Shown in pieces: positions 49,619 through 60,237 of a stretch of 64,000 nucleotides of DNA (position 1 is its first letter; each line of letters begins with the position of its first letter). Under the pieces are notes generated by a model. The model did not search any database and was not told where the DNA came from. It worked only from the letters and a program-made list of their open reading frames with translations. The translations under genes were made by a program, and so were the position numbers. The DNA is from Patescibacteria group bacterium (GTDB lineage: Bacteria > Patescibacteriota > Microgenomatia > Levybacterales > UBA12049): the NCBI GenBank assembly GCA_026004395.1, contig BPJB01000001.1, positions 969,226-1,033,225 on the forward strand, written 5' to 3'.

Positions 49619-50671
49619 CTAGACCATAACGTATTTTGCGGCTTTGGTTTTACCAATTTTTTTTATGATTCCGGATTGGATAAGACTTTTTAATTCATTA
49701 AGAACAGTATCTTCAGATACAAAAGGAAAAAGTTGCTTAAATGCGCTATTTTGTAAAAAACCAGTTGACTGAATGTATTCTATAATCTTCAGTTGCCTTT
49801 CATTCAAAAGTACTGGAGATCCTCCTAATTTTTCTTTGAGTTTTAAATCTACTGAGATTTTTTCTACTTTTTCTTTGATTTTCGTCAACTCAACTGCAAG
49901 AGCTTCTGTATAAAACTCCAGCCACTCAGTTAGATCTCCATCCTTTTGGGAAACACTCTGTAATGCTTTATAATACTCTGATGCATGTTGGTCAAAGTAT
50001 TCCTCAAGAGAAAAGAATTTGCGAATATCATATCCTTCTTGATAAAGAATAAGAGTTGACAGACATCTTCCCACGCGTCCGTTTCCATCCACAAAAGGAT
50101 GGATTCTAACAAATTCATAATGGACTATACCTGATTTTAATACCGGATGTAGATCATTATTAGATACTTGATTGATAAACAAACACAGCTCTTGTATCTG
50201 CTGAGGTACACTGTCTGCCTCCGGTGGTCTAAAGGAAACTTCTCCTGTAAAATTATTGCGGATAACAACTTGTGTTTTACGAAATACACCTATCTTATCT
50301 GGATCCAATGTCCTGTCAACGGTTATAGAATGCAGTTTACAAATAAGATCTTCGTCAATTTTCTCTTTTTGCGACCCTGTATGCAAGCTATTAATAAAAT
50401 CCATTGCTTTTCTATAGTTAATCACCTCTTGAACATCACGTGGACGCGCTACCACACTCTCTCCTGAAAGTACTCGCTCTACTTGAGAAAAATTCAGCTC
50501 ATTTCCTTCAAGGTGAGTACCAAAATGAGCTGCTCTTACCAGCGCATCGTCTCTGAATTTTTTTTCATAATAGGGAAGCAGTGGAGCATGATCAATAAAC
50601 AACTTACATGCCTCGATAATGCCAATATATTTAAGAATTGTATTAGTAATCGTGTATTTCGGAGTATACAT
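49619..50671 (-). CDS. Fic family protein with C-terminal HTH
   Basis: HPFVDGNGRVGR catalytic motif; THLEGN inhibitory-type motif. Confidence 0.93.
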   Translation of the reverse strand: MYTPKYTITNTILKYIGIIEACKLFIDHAPLLPYYEKKFRDDALVRAAHFGTHLEGNELNFSQVERVLSGESVVARPRDVQEVINYRKAMDFINSLHTGSQKEKIDEDLICKLHSITVDRTLDPDKIGVFRKTQVVIRNNFTGEVSFRPPEADSVPQQIQELCLFINQVSNNDLHPVLKSGIVHYEFVRIHPFVDGNGRVGRCLSTLILYQEGYDIRKFFSLEEYFDQHASEYYKALQSVSQKDGDLTEWLEFYTEALAVELTKIKEKVEKISVDLKLKEKLGGSPVLLNERQLKIIEYIQSTGFLQNSAFKQLFPFVSEDTVLNELKSLIQSGIIKKIGKTKAAKYVMV

Positions 50672-50743
50672 GCTCGGTTTTTAATTCTTGCATAATTCCC
50701 GAAAAAAGGCAATTGCTATCCTCTATTATGCTATAATAATTTT

Positions 50744-51013
50744 ATGGCAAAGAAAAAAGAGGATAAAAAATTACATGTTGAAATCGTCAGACAAATGGTG
50801 ACACTTTCAACATCAGGTTTTGGTCTGGTAGCTGCTCTTGCTTGGAACAATGTAATACGCGAGTTTATAGATAAATATATCAATCGCTGGCTCCCCCAAG
50901 GAGGAAGTCTCATATCGCTTTTTATCTACGCTGTAGTAATTACTGTTTTAGCTGTTTTTGTCACCTACCAACTCTCCAAATTGCTTGGTAGACTCACAAG
51001 AGAAGAAAGATAA
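50744..51013 (+). CDS. Small membrane protein (DUF5654-like)
   Basis: SGFGLVAALAWN motif, two TM helices. Confidence 0.8.
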   Translation: MAKKKEDKKLHVEIVRQMVTLSTSGFGLVAALAWNNVIREFIDKYINRWLPQGGSLISLFIYAVVITVLAVFVTYQLSKLLGRLTREER

Positions 51014-51434
51014 GATCTAGAATAATGTATCTATTCCCCGGTCATAGTTAATTTGAATCATCTGAGAAGATAACATCTCGCATCATCTTTCTTTAGACGC
51101 TTCAAAAATATGGATTTTCTCCATTTATCTTAAATCACAAATGATTAATACTAAAGCATAAACGATATTTACAATATTGCAATTATTAGTAGTTAGTATT
51201 CAAAAATGCTCTTGCAATCTCTGAATTAATAGCTCTTAACGGTATAATCCAGGTAACCATATTGCTTTCTTTGTCTATCACTCGCTCGCTATAAACTAGA
51301 ATCTATAAGTTGTATATCTTTGCATATACATTCTGAACACTCTACACTTCCTATACTGTACTACTGTACAATGTTCTCTAAACTTCACATAACAGATATT
51401 GAATGAGAACATTTTTTGACATACCATTATTAAA

Positions 51435-53075
51435 ATGATGAAAAAATATTCTAGCATCTTACCTTTAATTTTCGCCTCTATAATTTTTATCTTTCTTCAA
51501 TCATTAGTGTTTAATAAGGAATTGTATTTTCGAGATGAAGGATTTCTAATGAATAATGCAGTTCGCATTTTAAATGGAGAAATTCCTTATAGAGATTTTT
51601 TTCTTACAACTACACCTGGAACGTATTATCTTCAAAGTTTGATTTTTAAATTTTTAGGCGTCCATATTATCTTAGGAAGACTTTTATATATTTTTTGCGT
51701 GATTGCTCTGCTGATAATTATGAATTTTTTATTAAATAATATAAATGTAATTTACAAAACATTTATCCTGTTATTAACTGCCTGTGTATTCGTAGAAAAA
51801 GGAGCTTTTGCTTTTTATAATATTGAAGGATTAATTCTACTGTTATTAGCAATTTCTGTTTATATTTATACTTGGCAAAATAAGAATTTTTCAAAAAAAA
51901 GAATCTTTTTAGTTGGTACAATTATAGGCTTATTAATTATTTTCAAACAAAGTTACGGTATATATGCTGTTGGTGCATTTACGAGTTTATTTTTTATATA
52001 TAATCATAAAAATTATAAATATGCTTTTAAACAACTCACATTCTTTCTTTGCGGTTTATTAGTAATACTTACACCTTTTGTAGGGTACTACATCTGGAAT
52101 AAAGCATTTTCGCAGTTTATATATTTCACTTTTGTTTTTGCACAGGAAGTTAAATGGCATAGGTCTGCGTTTATTTTAACCAGTTTATTATTTATTCCTT
52201 TATTTCTTATCGTTTTGCATATCATAAAAAGAATGCCCATCAAAAAAGCCTTTGTTGTTTTCGGAATATTTCTTCTGGGATTCTTTTTATTATATCTTGC
52301 AATTTCCCCCGATCGTTTAGGAAGAATTTTAACATATATAAAAGATCCCTTAATTTATTATTATGGATTTCTATTAACTTTTCCTCTTTTGTTAATTGCA
52401 TATTTTGCTAACCAAAATAACAAAATAGTTCCTTACTCTGTTTTTCTGCTATCTCTTTTTCTTGCCAGTGCATCCTCTGGAAGAGATTATGCTACTGTGA
52501 TTATGGTGTTCCCATTAGTAATTTTACTTTGTCTTGAATTAATAAGGATCACAGGTAGAAAATATCTTGTTTTAGTAATTATTGTTTACTCACTTATTCC
52601 TTATATATTCTTTGGACAACTTTTAAAAAGTTTATCTAGTCTAATGACTTATAAACAACTGCAGTTATTACAATTTGAGGGTATCTATCTTCCGCCGAAA
52701 ACAGCAGACGAAATTTTATCCATTGTAAAATTTGTTCAAAAAAAAACTAATCAGAATGATACAATACTTTGTTTTCCTTATTGTCCACTTTTTAATGTTT
52801 TAACACAGAGAAAAAGCGGATCCTATTTTAGTTTTTTTTATCCTGAAACTATAAGAGCCAAAGATCAAAAAAGAGTAATTGATGATCTTAAAAAGAATCA
52901 AACAAAAATTATTATTCTACAAAAACCAGGAGAAATAGAGAAAGAAGCATTGTATGAAAATAACAGATTATCACTGTTAAGAAACTATTTTCTCTCGAAT
53001 TATAATCCTGTTTTTTCATCACAAAATTTCGTTATATATCAAATAAATAATTCAAATAAAAAATTATCGCCATAA
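51435..53075 (+). CDS. GT-C fold membrane glycosyltransferase-like protein
   Basis: DEG..RILNGEIPYRDF..PG and FKQ motifs, many TM helices; very AT-rich. Confidence 0.8.
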   Translation: MMKKYSSILPLIFASIIFIFLQSLVFNKELYFRDEGFLMNNAVRILNGEIPYRDFFLTTTPGTYYLQSLIFKFLGVHIILGRLLYIFCVIALLIIMNFLLNNINVIYKTFILLLTACVFVEKGAFAFYNIEGLILLLLAISVYIYTWQNKNFSKKRIFLVGTIIGLLIIFKQSYGIYAVGAFTSLFFIYNHKNYKYAFKQLTFFLCGLLVILTPFVGYYIWNKAFSQFIYFTFVFAQEVKWHRSAFILTSLLFIPLFLIVLHIIKRMPIKKAFVVFGIFLLGFFLLYLAISPDRLGRILTYIKDPLIYYYGFLLTFPLLLIAYFANQNNKIVPYSVFLLSLFLASASSGRDYATVIMVFPLVILLCLELIRITGRKYLVLVIIVYSLIPYIFFGQLLKSLSSLMTYKQLQLLQFEGIYLPPKTADEILSIVKFVQKKTNQNDTILCFPYCPLFNVLTQRKSGSYFSFFYPETIRAKDQKRVIDDLKKNQTKIIILQKPGEIEKEALYENNRLSLLRNYFLSNYNPVFSSQNFVIYQINNSNKKLSP

Positions 53076-53222
53076 GATTAACTCTATTCATTATCTTTAT
53101 AAAGAATTTTCATTAACTTAAATACAACATGATCCATCCTATGATAATAAAAGTATCCACGAGATCTTTATCTACTTCAGCCTCTTGACATTTATTAGCC
53201 TTTCAATGTATAACCAGCTAGC

Positions 53223-53642
53223 ATGTCTTCACCTGAACAAATACAAAAATCGCAAGTTATGACAAAAAGAGAAATCACTTCTCAAAATGATAATTCAGAT
53301 TCTTCTTTATCACGAAGAGAATTTGGGAAAAAAATATTGCAAACAACACAGAAAGTTTTTTCTAAAATGAATGGAAATGAGCTGATCGTAGGAGGAGGAG
53401 AGATTATTGCAGGAAGTTTTTTCTTCTTAGGATTATCCGAGAGAACAAAGCGCGAAAAAGATAAAAAATTCTTTCAGAATGCTGGAACAGGAGGACTTGC
53501 AACTGGTTTTACTGTATTTGAAGCTGGCATGGCGATTCGCAGTGTGAAAAAAAGAACAGCTCATACTCCCTCCAATGAACCAATTCCGACATTACTTCAG
53601 ATGGAAACAACACGTCTTCCCTGGAGAAAGCACAGTCAATAA
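53223..53642 (+). CDS. Hypothetical membrane protein with SRREF motif
   Basis: TTGACA-18-TATAAC promoter; LSRREFGK; two Gly-rich hydrophobic segments. Confidence 0.6.
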   Translation: MSSPEQIQKSQVMTKREITSQNDNSDSSLSRREFGKKILQTTQKVFSKMNGNELIVGGGEIIAGSFFFLGLSERTKREKDKKFFQNAGTGGLATGFTVFEAGMAIRSVKKRTAHTPSNEPIPTLLQMETTRLPWRKHSQ

Positions 53643-53842
53643 AAAATTCTCAATTGTAAAAACATTTCTCCAAAAAAATCAATAAAAGTTACTCTAGTAT
53701 ACGTACTTAAATATAATTCCTAAAATGACATTTATATGCTTCTTTAGTTAAGAAGTGAAGCACTGTTTAGGATTATATACACTCCAATCTTCACACTCAT
53801 ATTGCAAACAGAATGCAGGTTAAACTTTTTCACCCTCACAGC

Positions 53843-54895
53843 TTACTTCTTACTCAACTCTATCACACTAAACTTTTGCAGATAATCGTTAACAAATTCT
53901 TTATGTGTTGTTGTGAGAATTGTTTGTTGTCTGTCAATTATTTTCATAATCAAATTAATATGCTGATCATCAAGTTCTGAAAAAATATCATCCAATAAAA
54001 GAAGCGGTCGCTTTCCCAGCGATTGTTCTATATAGGAAAGTTGCAGAAGTTTGAGCTGCAAAACAACTAAACGCTGCTGCCCTCGTGACCCAAAATATCT
54101 AACATCCGCCCCTTCCTCAAGTTCTACATAAAAATCATCTCTATGTGGGCCAACTAGTGTCACTCCAGCTGCTATCTCAGCGCCATAGTACTGCTGCAAC
54201 CGCTCTTTTGAGATCTGGCTATGATCATACTTTACCTGAAAATGAATTATCTCTTTTTGTTGATTGTTAAAATACTCAATAAGTTCCGATCTCTTCTTGC
54301 TAAGGTAGTCACCATTAGTAATCAGAATCTCATCCCAATACACAAACTGCTGATCATTACGCACTCCTGTCTCTTTAACCAAATCCAAAAGAGCATTGCG
54401 CCTTTTCAGAGCTTTTTCATACAAAATCTTTGCTTGTCGGTACTGTTTATCAACAAGCTCAAGAACGCTATCCAGAAAATCACGTCTATAAGAGGGAGAA
54501 CTGATAATAATATTTAAATCCGCAGGAATAAAAAGCAGAGTTGGGAGAAAACCTGCAAAATCAATCTGCCTTTTGGGAACACCGTTAATCAAAAACTTTT
54601 TAGCATGGGTACGTACAGTGGGAGATGGGGCGGTTAGAATAACTTCTAAAATATCTTTTTTTTCATCTTCTTCTATCTCTCCTCTAACCCGAGCAAATGC
54701 AGATCCAAAGGAGATCATTTGCATATCTTTTTCTGCTCTAAAACTTTTTCCACTAGAAAGAAGATAAATTGCCTCAAGAAGATTGCTCTTGCCTGCAGTA
54801 TTAGGACCTATAATCACTGTTGCTAAGGGGCTAAAATCAAACTCTGCTTGTTGGTAGCTTCTGAAGTTTTGAAGAGAGATGGATTTGAGAATCAT
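53843..54895 (-). CDS. recF: DNA replication/repair protein RecF
   Basis: NFRSY, GPNTAGKSN, GPHRDD, SRGQQR, LLLDDIFSELD. Confidence 0.95.
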   Translation of the reverse strand: MILKSISLQNFRSYQQAEFDFSPLATVIIGPNTAGKSNLLEAIYLLSSGKSFRAEKDMQMISFGSAFARVRGEIEEDEKKDILEVILTAPSPTVRTHAKKFLINGVPKRQIDFAGFLPTLLFIPADLNIIISSPSYRRDFLDSVLELVDKQYRQAKILYEKALKRRNALLDLVKETGVRNDQQFVYWDEILITNGDYLSKKRSELIEYFNNQQKEIIHFQVKYDHSQISKERLQQYYGAEIAAGVTLVGPHRDDFYVELEEGADVRYFGSRGQQRLVVLQLKLLQLSYIEQSLGKRPLLLLDDIFSELDDQHINLIMKIIDRQQTILTTTHKEFVNDYLQKFSVIELSKK

Positions 54896-54980
54896 TGTTA
54901 CCAACTTTATCCTATCACGCAAACATCTCCTCTGAAATAAAAGAGAATATGTTTGGCATTACTGCAAGCATTTTAACAAG

Positions 54981-55685
54981 CTATTCTATCACTGTTCCTA
55001 TAAAGGGCTTTCCTAAGAGGTAATTCTCAAGATTTGCAAAATCCTCTCCATGAAGAACAACAACTTTTACTCCCAACTCCTCCGCTTTCTTAGCTGCAAT
55101 AGGATCAAAAGGTGCATTAAGCCCTGGTTGCCACTCATCTCCCACTATCTTGCGAAACTTAGCCCAAGATATTTTTTCAATAGGTTTTGCGTCAGAAAAC
55201 TTTCTGGGATCTTTATCATATACCTGCGAAATATTACTTAGATTGATTACAGATCGAACATCATAATCCTCACAAATAAGCAGAGCGCAGTAATCAGTAG
55301 ACCAACCCGGCTTCCAACCAGCAGCAACAACTACAGGCTCTTGTACTTTGCGAATGATCTCATAATGTTTGAGGATATAAGGATGGGCAACATCACGAAA
55401 AATTGTTCTAATCAAATGCGCATTGAGCTTTGTAGCATGAATACCCAAATAATCAAGATCATCACGTGTGAGCTCATGTCCAACCACCTCTCGTCCAGCA
55501 TCACGGTAATGCCTAGCAATTGCTCCTCCTCCAGCGACCAAAAAAAACTGGCGGTTGGGATTTTGCGCCAGTTGTGAACGGATAAATTCATTAAGCTTAG
55601 TAAGGAACTTGGTATTGACCTTATCAGGAACAATAAGCGATCCTCCAACGGAGATGACAATTTTTTCTTTATAGGTAGTCGTCAT
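54981..55685 (-). CDS. pyrH: UMP kinase, archaeal-type
   Basis: VISVGGSLIVP, GGGAIAR, PGWSTD, VYDKDP, PFDPIAA. Confidence 0.9.
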   Translation of the reverse strand: MTTTYKEKIVISVGGSLIVPDKVNTKFLTKLNEFIRSQLAQNPNRQFFLVAGGGAIARHYRDAGREVVGHELTRDDLDYLGIHATKLNAHLIRTIFRDVAHPYILKHYEIIRKVQEPVVVAAGWKPGWSTDYCALLICEDYDVRSVINLSNISQVYDKDPRKFSDAKPIEKISWAKFRKIVGDEWQPGLNAPFDPIAAKKAEELGVKVVVLHGEDFANLENYLLGKPFIGTVIE

Positions 55686-55811
55686 TGCCGTAAAAAATAG
55701 CACCTGGAATTTCCTCAGTGCCTACTATGTATCCTATATCCTAGCACACAGAATATTTTTCTGCAATAAGAATTTGTAAAAAGATGTTTTGCTGTCTATA
55801 CTACGGTCAAC

Positions 55812-56495
55812 ATGTCACACTTTTCAGATTTTGATGAATATCTAAGTGGACAAGACAAAGAAAAAGCATACCAAAAATCTCAGTACAGACTGTTGATCCA
55901 ACAAAGTCGAGCAGCTTTGGATCCTTTTCTGCGTACTCTCTTTACACTTTTTAAAGAATATAACGAAACTATTCTCCAACCTCGTAAAGAACACTTTGTT
56001 ATCTTAAAGAAACAGGAAGTAATCCCTGAAAGTTACCCACAAAAGGAGGAGCGGCATCTTTATTTTCTTTATCGGGTGAATGTTCTACCGCGAATCCTAT
56101 TTGCACAACAATTCAATCCTCTTTATGCTATGAATGAGGACTACATAACACCAAACAAAATTACTAAAAATGATTGGTATTTGAAAGTAGCTTTACAGTT
56201 TGACACACTGCTTTCTGATATCTGGAATGAGAAACAAAATTCATTTGCTGGTATCCTTCTTCCTACAGTGCGCCTGCGCGCTTGGGGAGTAGTAGATGAA
56301 CAAAAAACAGCGCTTCTCTCCTCTCGCTTTTGTTTATCGGTGGAAACAGCGTGGAGAAAAACATACACCACACTCTCACTGGATATAATCAATCCTTTAG
56401 AAAGCGACTGGGAACAAGAAGTAAAAGAGCTTTTTATGCTTATCACACCATTGGTTTTTTCTCACACGCAAGAGGTTTATGGACTGGATATCTGA
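55812..56495 (+). CDS. Hypothetical protein
   Basis: 227-aa ORF with TATACT just upstream. Confidence 0.65.
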   Translation: MSHFSDFDEYLSGQDKEKAYQKSQYRLLIQQSRAALDPFLRTLFTLFKEYNETILQPRKEHFVILKKQEVIPESYPQKEERHLYFLYRVNVLPRILFAQQFNPLYAMNEDYITPNKITKNDWYLKVALQFDTLLSDIWNEKQNSFAGILLPTVRLRAWGVVDEQKTALLSSRFCLSVETAWRKTYTTLSLDIINPLESDWEQEVKELFMLITPLVFSHTQEVYGLDI

Positions 56496-56520
56496 TTTAA
56501 GAATCTTCAAATAAAATATA

Positions 56521-56548
56521 TTTGTTGATGGAAATTACCATCAACAAA
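56521..56548. terminator. Hairpin between convergent genes
   Basis: TTTGTTGATGG-AAATTA-CCATCAACAAA. Confidence 0.65.
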
Positions 56549-56592
56549 CTGGCGCACACTTGCCTTAACAACCAATTTTTCCTATCGTCTTC

Positions 56593-57462
56593 TTAATTTT
56601 GACAAAAAGGACAAAAGAAAGTACTTCTGCCTCCTTGTTTAATTCTATTTATAAGATTTCCGCATCTGCTACATGGCTTACCTTCTTTACCGTAAACTTT
56701 AAAAACATGTTGATAATTACCTGTTTGACCCAGAACATTAACATACTGCCTATCAGATGCTCCACCTAATCTAATTCCCTCATGAAGGACTTTTTTGATC
56801 GCTTCGAAAAGACGCTCCTTTTCCTTTTTGCTAAGAGAACAGGCACTGCGTCGGGGATCAATTTGCGCTACAAAAAGTGCATCATTAGCATAAATATTGC
56901 CTATCCCAGCAATTTTTTTTTGGTCCATGAGAAGAACTTTAATTGGTTTTTTTGTAGTATTCAAAATCTCACTAAAGCTCTTAGGTGTAAGATATTTTTT
57001 CCCTTGTTGAATGCTTCTTTTTAGAAGAGGTGGCTCAAGTCCAAGATCTCTAAAAAATTGCATATTGGCAACTTCCTTTGTTTTGACTAACTTCATCCAT
57101 CCAAATTGACGAATATCATTGTAGTAAAGGCTGGAACCATCTCTAAATCTAATAATAATGTGCGTAAAAGGTCCAGGAAGACAGCCTATTTTTTGCGAAG
57201 CATATCTTTCATCTAGCTCCTCTCCTCTGAAGATAAGCTGACCGGTCATCTTAACATGGATAGCCAGACTATAATCATTGGAAAAATCAATTACCAATCC
57301 TTTACCAAACCGCCTCACATCAGCGACTTTGGCACCAGATAAAAGATCTGGTTCTCCCAAAAACAGTTTGGGAAGATTAAGTACAATGGTATCAACTGTT
57401 CTTCCAATAATATATTTTTGCAACCCTCTTTTAATTGTCTCAACCTCTGGTAACTCTGGCAT
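56593..57462 (-). CDS. mutM: Formamidopyrimidine-DNA glycosylase
   Basis: MPELPEVE, GIGNIYA, C-terminal C4 zinc finger. Confidence 0.97.
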   Translation of the reverse strand: MPELPEVETIKRGLQKYIIGRTVDTIVLNLPKLFLGEPDLLSGAKVADVRRFGKGLVIDFSNDYSLAIHVKMTGQLIFRGEELDERYASQKIGCLPGPFTHIIIRFRDGSSLYYNDIRQFGWMKLVKTKEVANMQFFRDLGLEPPLLKRSIQQGKKYLTPKSFSEILNTTKKPIKVLLMDQKKIAGIGNIYANDALFVAQIDPRRSACSLSKKEKERLFEAIKKVLHEGIRLGGASDRQYVNVLGQTGNYQHVFKVYGKEGKPCSRCGNLINRIKQGGRSTFFCPFCQN

Positions 57463-57540
57463 GGTGCAATTGTAACATAGTGTTTGTTGATTAGAAAAAA
57501 ATTTAAAAAAAGCGCTAGGATCAATGATTTACTTACTAAT

Positions 57541-58674
57541 TTATTTACTCAAGGAAGAAATAAAAGATGATATCTCCTTTTTAAACCGTTCTTCAGAAAA
57601 TTCATTGGCTCGTTTTATACAATCTTCAGCTTTAATACCTATACTGTCAAATTGCTTTATTTTTTCTTTCAGAGCCTCTGTTGTCAGTTGATCAAAAAAT
57701 ATCCCTGTCTTATTTTCTCTAACTGTCTCACGTACCCCACCTGATCTATAAGCAATAACTGGCACTCCTACACTCATTGCCTCAACCGGTGTAATTCCAA
57801 AATCCTCATCTTCTGAGGCAAAAAGAAATGCTTTTGCTCCTTTTAAAAGATTATATTTTTCTTCATCACTGACCTCGCCAACAAACTCTATTGTTGGGGA
57901 AGCAATTGCTAGTAGATCATCTTTATATCCAGCAAAGGCTTTTCCGAAAACTTTTAATCTCACACCAAGCTCATTACATGCTTTAATAATCAAATCAACA
58001 TGTTTAGCACGGGCTAGCCGACCACCAGTAATGAAATAACCCGTATTTGATTTATATTTAGCGTTTGTATCCTGTTTTAGATTGACTTTTTTAGATGTAG
58101 ATCTGATAACTAGTGGAGGATAAATGACCTGTGCTTCTCTTCTATAAAACTTCTGTATTCTTTTTCTCACCTCATCAGAATTGGCTATATAATAATCAAC
58201 ATTGCGGGAAGTTGCGTAATCAATTATGCGCAAAAAGTGATTAACTAACTCTCCGAGAATGCGAAGTATCCTATATTTTTTCCACTCTCGCGCTGTTGCA
58301 TATCCATAAAGGTAACGTGGTGGTGTGTGGCAGTAGCATATAAGTTTAGCTCCTTTTTTTTGTAGTGCATTAGGGAAATACGCTCCTGTTGCCGAAACGA
58401 TAATGATGTCATAGCCCTGAAAATCAAACGAGCGAAAAAGAAAAGGAGAGATTATACGAAGAAAACTAATAAGTTTTGCTTTGCCGGGTAAATACTGAGC
58501 GTATGAAGTTTTAATCTTCCAGTTTTTAAAACGGTTTTTATGAGGACCTAGATACTCAGGAAGATATACTGAAGTAAAAACTGTTGCTTCAGGAAAAATC
58601 GTATGCAGCGACTCCAAAACTCTCTCAGCACCTCCGTATTCTTTAATATAATCATGAACAAGTGCTACCTTCAT
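57541..58674 (-). CDS. Glycosyltransferase family 4
   Basis: MKVALVHD..GGAERV, EDFGITPVEAM. Confidence 0.93.
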   Translation of the reverse strand: MKVALVHDYIKEYGGAERVLESLHTIFPEATVFTSVYLPEYLGPHKNRFKNWKIKTSYAQYLPGKAKLISFLRIISPFLFRSFDFQGYDIIIVSATGAYFPNALQKKGAKLICYCHTPPRYLYGYATAREWKKYRILRILGELVNHFLRIIDYATSRNVDYYIANSDEVRKRIQKFYRREAQVIYPPLVIRSTSKKVNLKQDTNAKYKSNTGYFITGGRLARAKHVDLIIKACNELGVRLKVFGKAFAGYKDDLLAIASPTIEFVGEVSDEEKYNLLKGAKAFLFASEDEDFGITPVEAMSVGVPVIAYRSGGVRETVRENKTGIFFDQLTTEALKEKIKQFDSIGIKAEDCIKRANEFSEERFKKEISSFISSLSK

Positions 58675-58707
58675 AAACTTTAATTATATTTTTTACTTTA
58701 AAAGTAT

Positions 58708-59655
58708 TTAAAGCAGCCCCAATTGACCATCAGTGGACGTTTTTTTCGTTTCCTCTTTTTGCGGCAGATATTTTGTATCAAGTCTTGTGATAAGGCTTTT
58801 AAAACCATGTTCTTCAAAACCCTTTTTAAGTTTTTCTTTATCTAATCTCTCCACTCTACATTTTTCTAGATCAAGATGAACTGGCGCATCTGTAATAATG
58901 TTTGCTAGTTTTTTTGCTAGAGCACCTTGTTCTGCATCAAGTGCCAATTTTTCACCAATCTTCTCTGGAATCTCTCCGAGATGTTCGTATAAAGCCTCAA
59001 ACGTTCCAAATGTCTGCAGTAAGTTTTTGGCTGTCTTAGGACCAATACCCCTTATTCCAGGGTAACCATCTGAGGGATCACCAATAAGTGCTTTATAATC
59101 AACAAATTGAGAGGGCTTTATTCCATATTTTTCCTCAACAGATTTCTCATCAAAAAGATGCGTTTTCGTTAGCCCAGTAATACTCATCAAAACTTTTGTT
59201 CGATCATTAACAAGCTGGAGCATATCCTGATCTCCAGTAACTATAATAATCTCCAGGTCTTTATACTCATTGTAAGCCTGTCTGGCATAGGTACCAATCA
59301 GATCATCCCCTTCATATCCTTCAACTGATGTAATTTGTACTCCAAATTTTGTAAGAAGATCGTCTATCAATTTGATCTGATAAGCAAGATCGCCATCCAT
59401 TTGAGGACGATGAGCGTGATAGGAAGCAAACATGTTTTGTCGAACTGTAGGTTTAGAGCGATCAAAACAGATAATTAGATAGTTTGGTTGATATTCATGA
59501 AGAACATTAATCAGCATGGAAAAAAAACCATAAACAGCATTTACTGGCTCTCCATTCTTGTTGGTAAGATTGGGCATTGCATGGTATGCTCGATGCAGTA
59601 AAGCATTGCCATCAATCAGGATAAGCCTTTTTGTTTTAGGAAAATGAGGGTTCAT
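58708..59655 (-). CDS. Stand-alone 5'-3' exonuclease (PolA N-terminal/flap endonuclease type)
   Basis: LIDG..RAYHA, YEGDD, TGDQD, GDPSD..GIGPKTA; no polymerase domain. Confidence 0.92.
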   Translation of the reverse strand: MNPHFPKTKRLILIDGNALLHRAYHAMPNLTNKNGEPVNAVYGFFSMLINVLHEYQPNYLIICFDRSKPTVRQNMFASYHAHRPQMDGDLAYQIKLIDDLLTKFGVQITSVEGYEGDDLIGTYARQAYNEYKDLEIIIVTGDQDMLQLVNDRTKVLMSITGLTKTHLFDEKSVEEKYGIKPSQFVDYKALIGDPSDGYPGIRGIGPKTAKNLLQTFGTFEALYEHLGEIPEKIGEKLALDAEQGALAKKLANIITDAPVHLDLEKCRVERLDKEKLKKGFEEHGFKSLITRLDTKYLPQKEETKKTSTDGQLGLL

Positions 59656-59683
59656 AATAGCAATTTTATCAATTTTCAATATT

Positions 59684-60223
59684 TTATGTTCGGAAGAAAT
59701 CAAGAAGTTTTTGTCGAAGAAGAGATGGGTCAGCGTAGTCTTCTTTCTTAAACTTAGGTCCTCTTTGAGTATAAAGCGGTACTTCTCTTCCTCTATCTAC
59801 TAAACGTAGACGCTGTTGAATACTTCCCTCAATAGTCCCGCTTGGTAGAGCACTCACTACATAAGCCTCAAACTCCTCACGCTCACCTCGACGAGAATGT
59901 ATATACGTGAGTGTAAAATATGGCTTTGTTTTCAAAACTAAACTAACTCGTGGAATATCGGATCGATAAACAAAAGATCTCGCAAGAAGCTCATCTTCAA
60001 CGAGACGTTGACCAATTGCATCTGGATGTGGAGTTGCTATCTCAATTCCACTAGTAACAGTAATTCCCTTCTGCTCAATTTCATTAGCTAAGGTACTTAA
60101 GACATGAGGAACATTTAACTCTATCAGTCTTCGTACTTCAGCTTGTACAATCTGCCACTCATGTTCTATGCCCTGCTGTTCTGTTGCAATGTCCTGTTCT
60201 TGTATTCTCATAATGATTGCCAA
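59684..60223 (-). CDS. Hypothetical protein
   Basis: 179-aa ORF co-oriented between ftsH and the exonuclease. Confidence 0.6.
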   Translation of the reverse strand: MAIIMRIQEQDIATEQQGIEHEWQIVQAEVRRLIELNVPHVLSTLANEIEQKGITVTSGIEIATPHPDAIGQRLVEDELLARSFVYRSDIPRVSLVLKTKPYFTLTYIHSRRGEREEFEAYVVSALPSGTIEGSIQQRLRLVDRGREVPLYTQRGPKFKKEDYADPSLLRQKLLDFFRT

Positions 60224-60237
60224 TTCTCCAAAGGAAG

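Noticed and set aside
49333-49629. 98-aa plus-strand ORF
   Set aside because: TTG start, no motif, overlaps the Fic stop; probably spurious.
58708-59655. Truncated polA pseudogene
   Set aside because: Catalytic motifs are intact and the ORF ends cleanly with a QLGLL clamp-binding-like tail, consistent with a stand-alone exonuclease.
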